DNA of 64,000 nucleotides from Lepidodermella squamata (taxonomy: Eukaryota; Animalia; Gastrotricha): positions 1,984,001-2,048,000 of the forward strand of contig JBLDXI010000024.1 of NCBI GenBank assembly GCA_047495785.1. The letters are read 5' to 3'. The translations under genes were made by a program, and so were the position numbers. Below are positions 13,492-23,474 of this stretch, one piece after another (within the stretch, counting starts at the first letter, position 1; every line of letters starts with the position of its first letter). Under the pieces are notes generated by a model. The model had not been told where the DNA came from and did no database searches. It saw only the letters and a list, made by a program, of their open reading frames with translations.

Positions 13492-14978
13492 ATGAGAAAG
13501 CGGCACATTTCTTACGCGCTTTTAGCGTTAATTTTAGTTTATTCTCTATTAATTATCTTATATTCTTCTCTGGACGAGGCGAAAAGCATCGGTGATCTAA
13601 TTGACGATTTGTCTTACAAGCAATTGCCTCTGCTCATTCGGAGTTATCGGAATTATCTCGGCGATGTTCAAGAAATGAAATCGGAGCTGCTGAATGCTCT
13701 CTCAGTTATATCAGAAGTCACACCTGCAACGACACCAGCGCGACTTGATATTCAAATTCCGGTGCTAGTATTCGTGTGTAATCGATCAACAATATCTCGA
13801 CACATTGATCAATTGATAAAATATCGGCATAGTACTGGCAGTAACATCAATTTTCCGATTATTGTCAGTCAGGACAAATGCGGTAATTCGGAGGCGGCTA
13901 GGCAGATCATTCTCAAATACGGCGATACTGTCAAATTGATCGAACAGCCCAACGCCACGGATCCCTCGACTAAACGCGGCATTGCAGGGTACTTCAGGAT
14001 AGCAAGGCACTATAAATGGGCCCTGGATCAAGTCTTTCAAAATACCGAGTTTCCTGCTGTGATAATTACAGAAGGTTTCAATGAATTGATAGCGCGTTTA
14101 ACATGTTGACCTATTTATTTTCAGATGACCTAGACATTGCCCCAGATTTTTTCGAGTATTTCGCCGCTCTCTACTCATTATTGATACGTGACCCATCGCT
14201 GTGGTGCATTTCTGCTTGGAATGAGCATGGCCGGCCTGATTTGATATTGCTCGACCGAAAAGAACTACTGCATCGAACTGATTTCTTCCCCGGGCTTGGA
14301 TGGATGATGACGAGAGAGTTGTGGCAAGAATTAAGCCCGAAATGGCCTGATTCTTTCTGGGACGATTGGATGAGGCGGCCGGAGCAACGGCGAAATAGAA
14401 CTTGTATTAGGCCGGAAATCAGCCGGAGTTCAACTTTCGGCCGGAATGGCGGCGTTAGCAGGTTGAAAAGAAATAAATTCCAGAAAATTCGTTGATTAAT
14501 TTTAAATTGTTACTAATAGAGGCCAGTATTACGATAAATACCTGTCCCATATATATTTGAACACGAATATGACCCCATTCTCGCAATACGATTTGTCTTA
14601 CTTGCAAAAGGTTTGTAATTCGAAAACTCCGAATATATTGACATTTTATGTCCGAAATTTTTTTAGGAAAATTACGACAAGATATTTGATGAACAGGTTT
14701 ATGGTAAAGGGACTGTGCTAGTTCAAGTTGAAAATTTGCTCACTCGAACCTTCGAAAACGAAACAATGGCGACCGCGAAATCTATGCGAGTTGAGTATGG
14801 CTCAAAGTCTGATTTCAAATTTTTGGCTAAAACGCTGAATATTGTTGATGATTTTCGTTCTGGTGTTATGCGGATGGCTTATCGAGGCGTAGTTTCTGTC
14901 GCCTTTCTCGGCAAAAGACTTTATCTAGTACTTAAAGCCGGGCGGGCATGGACTGATTATGACATGAAATGGCAATAA
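13492..14978 (+). CDS. MGAT1: Alpha-1,3-mannosyl-glycoprotein 2-beta-N-acetylglucosaminyltransferase (GnT-I, GT13), 4 exons
   Basis: Type II TM anchor; PVLVFVCNR, FPIIVSQD, YFRIARHYKWALDQVF, (E)DDLDIAPDFFEYF, CISAWN, TDFFPGLGW, FWDDWMR, CIRPEISRS, RMAYRGVVS. Confidence 0.92.
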
Positions 14979-15060
14979 AAACTTGTGATATAATAATATT
15001 TATTTTATTGATTTTTTTTTGAAAATTTTCAAGCTTCAACAAATGTATAAAAATGGTGAG

Positions 15061-17770
15061 TTAGGAGGATGCTGCTATTATTCCTGCTGCACTTCGCGTG
15101 ATCCAATCAACGTAAGAAGACACTTTCGTGTAGACTCCAGGTGAATTCGCAGAACCACATCCGAATCCCCAACTGAAAGATAATAGGTGAAAAATCTATT
15201 TTAAATTCGAAATCACAACTAAGATCGAACCTGATAATGCCTTGAAGGATGTAATTGTTGCCTTGAAGACAAGACATAGGCCCGCCACTGTCTCCCTGAC
15301 ATGCGTCGACGCCACCCTAATAGAAAAATTATATAAATTAAGGGGCTAATTTTTATTAAGGTCAAACCAACCTCCTCAAGATATCCAGCACAAATCATAT
15401 TGTGGGTCAGGGCTAAATCCATTTTTTTGCTGGTGTTCCGACAGCGATCTTCATCGACGATGGGGACCTAGATTAATCAAAATTAATTAAAAAAAAATTT
15501 TTAATTTTAAAATTAATTTTTTTAAATACTTGAATAATTTTTGAAATAGTTTTCAAAATTTTAATAATTTGGATTTAATTAAAATGATTACGAGTTTTTA
15601 AATTCGAATGTCAACCTTTTGCGCGGAATAATTGAAGATCTTTACAATCAAATTTCAAAACAGGAAAAATTCTTAAAAAAATACTTAACCTGTGCCTCCT
15701 TAAGACGTTCTTCACTGCCGGTGTTTTTAGTCTCCCCGAACCCTGTAATCGTGCACATCGAGCCGGTTAATACATGTTCACCCTGCCTGGGCAAACACGC
15801 TGGGAAAACATGCCGGCTATATCGAACAGGGTGCGCAAGATGAAGCAGCGCGATATCACCGTCGAATTTCCGCGTAAATTTGTCACCATACACAGGATGA
15901 ATAGTAATCGAAGCAACCCGTAACGGCCCGACCTCGGTCTCCTCGCCTAACAGCCGACGAACTTTGCCGAGATAAACGCTCCATAGCGAGGTGTTACTGG
16001 ACGATTCTTTGAAGCAATGCGCGGCCGTGAGGACGAAATTGCGGCTGATCAGTGTCCCGCCGCAGACGTGAACGTCCAAAAAGCGTAGACTCACCTGCCA
16101 CGGCCATGAATCAGGCTTATCGACCGCTATTCCGCCGACGATGCGTGGTTTTTGCTCGTCATCCTGGTGATCGGAAGCCACGATTTCGATACCAAATTCG
16201 TCGAACTCGGGGGCGGCCCTTGCGTTTCGGTTGACTGCGTCTTCATTCGCCCGACCCGGTTCTACCCCGCCTTTCAACCCACAATTCATCACTAAAAGAA
16301 AATAAAATAAAATGTCTAGCAAAAGAAGAATTATGACTAACTTGATGCAGACGGAAATTCTGGTTCCGGAGCCTTTGTTGTTGTCTTCTCCTCCTGAACC
16401 TGCTGGTTGATGATGATGACTGATGGCTCGCGCCTAGTAGCCTCAGTCGGGGCGATTTGGATATTATTGTTATTAGGCACTGGTACAAATACTGGAACTT
16501 CGACAACTGGTGGCGGTTGGTTAATTTCAGGCACGAAAATCACTTGAGGAGGCTGAGTAATAAAAATCGGCGGTGGGTCATAACCTCGACCACCTTGCGG
16601 CTCATGAGGTCGATGAGGACGGTGTGGCGGCTGATGACCACCCTGCCCCGGAACATGAGGCTGGTTGTTTTGACCTGGCCAAGGATTATTATTTGGGCCA
16701 GGGAGATTGGGCCGATGACCTTGACCTCCTGGGCGATTCTGGCCAGCTGATCCCGGGTAATGACCTCCTGACCCCGGAAGATTCGGTCGCTGATTAGGAT
16801 TTGGAAAATTATTAGGCCGGTGAGATTGACCCCCTGACCCCGGGCGATGTGGCCGATTATTGAAGCCTGGTAGCCCAGGCCGATTATGATCGAAATTGCC
16901 CATACCTGGCCTGTTTATGTGCCCACCTTGATGACCCAAAGAATTTGGAAAATTACCGAAGCCACCATTTTGGTTTAATCCTGGTTGATTAAATTGATGG
17001 GTACCAGGTCGGTTCCCACGGGGCCTATTGAAGTTACCGCCGATGTTGTTTTGGTTATTCGCCCAGCCACCATGGCTCGGTTTCACTCCGGTTTGATGCT
17101 GATTGGGAAAGCCATATTGGCCACCACCGCCCAGATTGTTAGGGTACTGGTGGTGGTTGTAGCTGCCATGATTCTGGTAGTTATTAGGCCGTCCGAAACC
17201 TCCCTGGCCGTAGTTCTGTCCACCGAACCCATGGCTAGGGCGACCTCCGAATCCTCCGCTGTTTTGACCCCAATTTCCAGACTGATGTCCCCCGGAAAAA
17301 TGATTGCCTCCCTGATAACCATACCCAGGTCGACCAGCGCCAAAACCACCGCCCTGGTTCTGGCCCCAACCTCCGCCAGACCCGTGATGAGAGCCTCCAA
17401 AGCCACCTCCGCCGAAACCGCCTCCTCCGAGTCCTCCGAACCCAACGCCACCGTGACCCCCGAACCCACCCCCACCGTGACCTCCGAACCCACGGCCACC
17501 GTGACTTCCGAAGCCACCGCCACTGTGACCTCCGAATCCGCCGCCACCGTGACCTCCGAAGCCACCGCCACCGTGACCGCCGAAACCGCCTCCGCCGTGA
17601 CCTCCGAAGCCATGTCCACCTCCGTGACCACGTCGATCTTCGCTCTCGATGGTCTCGGTAAAATCGTCTATTTCAGCCGGTGAAAGATCGAGAAGGCCAG
17701 CATCTGATGCAACGTCTTCGCAAAAAATCTCGAAGCTAGCCAACAATAGTAAAAACAAAAGTCTAATCAT
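15061..17770 (-). CDS. Secreted trypsin-like serine protease with a ~475-aa Gly/His-, N/Q/G- and Pro-rich N-terminal region
   Basis: Signal peptide [17 protein letters not shown]. The Gly-rich ORF splices in phase 1 (TCA A|gttagt...ttttag|TG ATG AAT TGT) into the protease ORF. Activation site [25 protein letters not shown]; stop at 15061-15063. Confidence 0.85.
17400..17630 (-). repeat. Coding 24-nt tandem repeat encoding (GGHGGGGF)n, about 8 units
   Basis: Repeated ccgtgacctccgaagccaccgcca-type units on the + strand; translation [17 protein letters not shown]... Boundaries approximate. Confidence 0.85.
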
Positions 17771-17891
17771 CAAAACGCTTAGCTTGATTCTTTAATCTAA
17801 ATTTTGTAAAGCTACTAAAACCTGACAGGTGATACGCCATATTTAACACACATTTTGTTTATTTATTTGCACTTCCAAATAAAACCTAACA

Positions 17892-18881
17892 TTATCTTCT
17901 CATTATGGTCTTCAAATTCGTGTCCTTGTTTTCCGATTTTAATTTCGCAAGTAAATTTTCCCAATCAGATTTCCAACTGAACGACGAGTATTGTACCGTA
18001 TAGGCTGAGGCTGAAAATTTCATCTTGCAAGCTGTCTCGTTTTGTTTCGGGGACAAACCCGAACAAATCTGCCCGGTCGGGTCGTGCTCGTCCTGCCAGT
18101 TATACGGGTAAATCAGACCTGGCTCCAGTATTCGAATGTCATGCACCGTACTAGACCCGGACTGAACTGCACCCTCGAATTGGCCCGAAATTTCACGCAT
18201 CATTGCCGTATAGGATTTTATGGCGTTATAAAACAAAATTGGCCCAGTTATTATATCAGGCCGGGTTGTAGGCGGGTATTTTTTCGCGGCTTCCATGATC
18301 TGCATCAAAGTCACCAGCCATAAGGAATGGCCAGGCTCTGATATGAGAAAACCAGGCTGGACATTATTTTCATTCTCGTATTTATGAGATAAATATCCGA
18401 GTGTTACAGGCTTTTCCGAATTATCGATGAGAAAATCGAGTGGCCGAAGCGGTTCCATGTCTAAATCGGCGTAAATTCCGCCGAAACGATGCATTTGAAG
18501 GTAATGGCTAGCGTCGGATTTCATGATACCAGCCGGCAGGGCGTCGTAGGTGGGCAGGAACCAAATGTAGTAGCAACGGACCAGTTTGCGGTTATCCTCG
18601 TCCGTCCATAAGACATGCGTCCAGTTTGGATGCATTTCCAACCAACTCTGGCGATATCTGGCATATTTTTCTGGTAAATTCTTCGTTTTCCATGTTTGAT
18701 GTAGGAGTTTCGGAATTTTTTGGTATTTTAACTGCGTTATTTCTTCGAAATTGCAGAATTCAGGATCGTTGTTGGACGAGCAAGAAAATCGAACGATTAT
18801 AACTATGACAATTGTAGTAATGAATAATTTGATTAAATAACCGGAATAACGCCTCGCAAGGTGATAAAAAGCTGGATTCAT
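17892..18881 (-). CDS. GT32 / Gly_transf_sug DXD glycosyltransferase (SUR1/Och1-like), intronless, type II membrane
   Basis: N-terminal TM; KIPKLLHQTWKT, SW..MHPNW..VLWTD, GGIYADLD (DXD), PGHSLW, TGPILF. Confidence 0.85.
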   Translation of the reverse strand: MNPAFYHLARRYSGYLIKLFITTIVIVIIVRFSCSSNNDPEFCNFEEITQLKYQKIPKLLHQTWKTKNLPEKYARYRQSWLEMHPNWTHVLWTDEDNRKLVRCYYIWFLPTYDALPAGIMKSDASHYLQMHRFGGIYADLDMEPLRPLDFLIDNSEKPVTLGYLSHKYENENNVQPGFLISEPGHSLWLVTLMQIMEAAKKYPPTTRPDIITGPILFYNAIKSYTAMMREISGQFEGAVQSGSSTVHDIRILEPGLIYPYNWQDEHDPTGQICSGLSPKQNETACKMKFSASAYTVQYSSFSWKSDWENLLAKLKSENKDTNLKTIMRR

Positions 18882-19536
18882 TCCTCATATTTTTATTTTC
18901 GCGTCTAGCTTGAGTTTACACACAATTACAAATTTCTGACTATTCATACCCTATAATTCATCTTCTATTTTCCATTCATCTTCTATTCACAACGGTGAAT
19001 GATAATGAGCTATAGGAAAAGCTAAGAAGTTATCCTTTCCTTATCAATGAAATGTCTCCTATTCAGGCTAAACGCTTGAGAATTTACAGAAAATAACCGA
19101 ATAATTTCCGATTGGGTTTCAGCCGGTTTTTTTTATCTTTTATCGGTGACACTAGAAATTCCACTTCCAAGAATGACAAATCGATAAAATAACGATCTCC
19201 CGGTGAATTCTTAACCTAAATTGACCTATTTAGCTCTTGTTCTAGAACAATTTGAGCAAACAAAAGAGACGCCAAACGCCAATATTGTATCATTGTTATT
19301 ATCCGTGCGTTAGACGAAAAAAACTAATCGAGCCATTTTTACGTGAAGATACCAATTACGCCCGTCGTATTAAACGCTATAGTCGCAAGTCGCGCGTAGC
19401 ATTTGTTCGCGATAAGGTAATAAAAAAATGTCCCTAGAATCAGTCTAAGATAGCAAAAGGTAGGCTGATAAAAAATTACCCTAAAAAAGCATCATTCTAT
19501 CCTGAAAAGTCTAATACGATTTTATTTGAAGAAAAA

Positions 19537-21661
19537 ATGAAAAGTGGTGAGTTTTTTCTGTCTAACTTATTTTCCTTACTTTTCAATTGGTTATATAGCG
19601 TTGCTGATTTGCCTGTGCCTCACCGCTTGTCTGGCTGTATCCGCGAGGCGACTGAAACATAAGCCATCACGGGCACATATAAGCGACTCGAGCGTCACTT
19701 TCCATGACAACTATGCCAATCACCCTTGTAAACGAACCTGCCAACCAGAAGGCAAGCCCATGACCTGCGACTACGAATTCCACGTTTCATGGTGGGCAAC
19801 TATGGCTAGGGCTTGTTATCTCTGCCCTGACGTTCCGGAGGACTGTAACAGGGCTGGGTGTATCCCGGGCAGTGGAACCCAACGCCCGGTTGTAGTTGTG
19901 AACAAACAACTCCCTGGCCCTGCAATCGAAATCTGCCAGGGCGACAGAATTCGCGTCAAGGTCTTCAACGAGCTTCAAGATGGCGAGGCAACGTCGATCC
20001 ATTGGCACGGCATGCTGCAGAAGGACACGCCATGGATGGATGGAGCCGCCGGCGTGACACAATGCCCGATCCCGTCTGGCAGGAATTTCACCTACGAATT
20101 CACCCCTGAATTGGCTGGGACCTATTTCTGGCACGGGCATGTTGGCACGCAACGAGCTGATGGTCTCGCCGGGCCTCTTATCATCAGATCCGCGGCAGAG
20201 CCTCTCAAAAAGCTGTACGATAACGACGACCTACCCGCCTTCATGACAGAAGACTGGTTCCCGCAGGAGACGGCTTTAGACAAGTTTGTGACTTACCACT
20301 ACGGCAATGCAGCCTTTGCCCCGCAACAGATTCTCCTCAACGGAATCTGGCCATCTTCGTCCGAGCCGATTACGCCATCTGTCGAAAATACGACCCATGA
20401 CTTTCCATTCGATTTGTCACCCTACGAGATTAAACTTGACCCTACGCAGCGGTATAGATTCCGTTTCATCAACAACGCGTACTGGCTCACCCCTGTTTTG
20501 ATCTCGATCGAAAGCCACAATTTGATTGTCATCGCGAGTGATGGTCAGAATTTGGAGCCAGTCGTTACAGAAACTTTGGTGGTCTTGCCATCTGAGCGTT
20601 ACGACTTCATTCCGTATTTCACTGGGGAGAAAGTTTCGACTAAGGGTGAGTATTTGGTAACTATGACCGGTCTTGGGGATAGTGAAGCTGGCGGGGCCAT
20701 AACCTATGCGAGAATCCTCTACAAAAATGGCGTCAGCCCTGCCCCGAGAACAGCTGCTGAGGCCACTCTCAACATGACATCTGAAGTTGTTGAAATCGTA
20801 AACTATTGGGACTGGTCCGACTTCCCAGATAACGATGATGGAAAGGTCGGCAAACGAGTTGGCCAGCTACGTTCGCTGACAACTGCCAGTGAAATTGCTC
20901 GTGAGCCTGATGTTAAATTCTACGTGTCTTTCGACTTCCAAAACGTCAATGACCCTCGTTTGCAGCCAACCGACACCGCGAGAGGTTACTTGTTCGAAAT
21001 TTCTGAAAACTTCCCGCACACCTTCCTGACGCCGAGGCTGAACAACATCACCCACATGATGCCTCCGTACCCCATACTGACCCAGCATGACGAAATTCCG
21101 GCGGATAAGTACTGTAATGCCGAGAATAGGAAGTGTCCGAATGGCGAATTCTGCGAATGCATCCACGTGCTGGACATTCCAACTGGTTCTCTCGTTGAAA
21201 TGGTTATGGTCGACAACGGATTTTCCGATGAAATCCACGACTTCAACCACCCGATGCATATCCATGGTTACTACTTTCATGTCGTCGCTCAGGGCCGTAT
21301 TGAGTTGAACCTCAGCGACGACGAATTCTTTGCCTATGAAAAGGCTGGCAAGGTTAAACGGAATTTCGATCGTGCCCCGTTGAAAGACGTTATCGGAGTT
21401 TCAAGTGGTGGCTACACTGTGATTAGGTTCATTGCTGATAATCCTGGTGCTTGGATGTTTCATTGCCATATCGACTTTCATATGGAGTTCGGTATGGCTC
21501 TCATTCTCCGAGTTGGGGAGACTTCCGAATGGAAACAACCCCCAGATGACTTCCCAAGGTGCCCCTATTCCAATCTAAGGAGTGGTGCTGGTCCAATCAG
21601 TCATTCCGGATTCTTTGCTTACTTAATGACCCTCGCAATTCTTACAATTTTCAGTATTTAA
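19537..21661 (+). CDS. Multicopper oxidase / laccase (arthropod laccase-1/MCO1-like) with probable GPI signal
   Basis: Micro-exon ATG AAA AGT G|gtgagt (19537-19546) splices to 19599, giving signal MKSALLICLCLTACLAVSA. Cys-rich N-terminal region; Cu motifs HWHG, WHGH, HPMHIHG, HCHIDFHMEFGM; hydrophobic C-terminus. Confidence 0.92.
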
Positions 21662-21978
21662 TGATGATTTTTGTTGCATCCAAAGCTTTCTGTGTTTTGA
21701 GCTTTTATTCAAGAAAATAAAGAGAGAATCATTTCAAGCCCATTTTCTGAGCTCAATGAGGTAGCATTAATAACTTAAAAGTTTGGAATTGTTTAACAAT
21801 TGTCACCTTAATGCTAGAATGACAGGTCGTGACGAAATAAAGGCGGCAGAAAAGAGGATTAGAAATAACGAGCTCGCTAGACTTTATTTCATTTCGCATT
21901 CATATACGTGCCTTAATACCAAAAACTCTGCGCTTAGTGCTATACTCGTTGCTAGTGAAAATACGGATACCTGGAAAT

Positions 21979-23324
21979 ATGATGTCAGCAATTCCGCAGG
22001 TAATTTGTTGCTTATTCTTAAATTAAAATAGAAATAAATTGAATTTCAGGGACTGGATTGCCCCATCTGTTATGATCTATTTACGGAGCCAAAATCTCTA
22101 TCCTGTGGGCACACTTTCTGCCTGGAGTGCCTTCAAAAACTTGAAAACAGCGAAAAACGGCGATGTTCAATTCCGTGCCCGAAGTGTCGCCGGGAAACAT
22201 CGATTTTCCCTCATGCCGGCGGTGTCAAAGGGCTGAGCACAAATTTTCAGCTGCAAAGTGTCGTAGAACAATTCAGATGCTCGAGTCCAAGTTGTGACAA
22301 GAGCGCGATTCAATCGAAAATTGTTTCATGTCCTCACTGTGGAAACAGAATCTGTGAAGAATGCCTGCAACGCCACTTTGATGACGAAGTAGCGAATGTC
22401 AAACGAAAACTGGAGCTCTTATCCAGCCGTGCGATGAACTCTCAAGATTTTCAAAAGACAGAACTTCGAATTAAGAGGAACATGGTTGAAAATGAGCAGA
22501 AAATCAACCTGGCATCAAAGAAGCTGAACGATCTTTTGAAACAAGCTATGGAGAAACATCGTTTGAAGATCATTGCTGAAAATCGTGAATTATGCGGCAA
22601 ACAGATTGAACGAATCAAGTCTGCGATGCAAGTTACAGGACTTGCTCGAGACCTTGATGCAATCGCGAAGCCTAGAGATTTTAATGGCCTGACAAGCTTC
22701 ACCGAAAAAGTGAGTTCCTTGGAAAGGAAACTCAGTGAGGCGGAATCGAGTATGGACCATACACTTCGTTTCAACATTGACGAGATCGAGGAGCGATTCA
22801 AGAATATGCTGTCATTCAACTTTTCCCTTGGGCCTGAGTCTCAGAAAGACTCACCCATTTCAAGAGCAACATCGACCCTGACGAATGATATTGACATGAG
22901 CAGCCCTAATGTGCAATGTCTAACTTGTTGGGGAGAGCACAATGCCTTTCGAATATGCTCGGAGTGTGCCGAGATTCACCACCGTGGTCATGTTTTGAAG
23001 AGGAAAGGTCAATCAAAAGGCACTGAGATTACTTGCTGCTCATGTTGCAAGTCGAATCATGCACCGGAAGCGACATGTACCTCTGCTTTGGCGAATGACT
23101 GTGACAAATTGGTCAAGCAAGGAGTTTACATCTGCAAGGATTGCTTCGACGTCGATGAGTTTCGGAAGTTGAATAATGGCGCAACTCCTGGCGTTTGCTT
23201 ACCTTGCTACAAAAAATGTCATAACGGACACGATGTTGAATTTTTTCGATACTCGAAAGCCTTTTCTTGCGATTGCGGCGTTGAAAGAAGATGCAAGGGT
23301 AATTGCACGCTATCACGCCCCTGA
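21979..23324 (+). CDS. TRIM-like protein: C3HC4 RING, B-box-like Zn finger, coiled coil and two UBR-box-like Zn fingers
   Basis: Exon 21979-21999 (CAG|gtaatt) plus exon 22050-23324. RING CPICYDLFTEPKSLSCGHTFCLECL...CPKCR reads in frame into ORF 22434. C-terminal YICKDC...VCLPCYKKCHNGHDV...FSCDCG matches the zf-UBR pattern. Confidence 0.8.
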
Positions 23325-23474
23325 TTACAGCATTCCTCTGAATATAGTAGAAAATTCCGGAAAAATCATGTCAGGTCTAAAATTGTTTATTAAACGGGTC
23401 ATTTCGACGAAATAACATTGACACAACATTGCTTTTTGAACACTAAATTGGCTATTTGTCGTAATATTGTGATG

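Noticed and set aside
16985-17683. Long alternative-frame and antisense ORFs with TATVTSE / SEVTVAV repeats
   Set aside because: Shadows of the 24-nt Gly-rich coding repeat; the real frame has the signal peptide and the splice to the protease.
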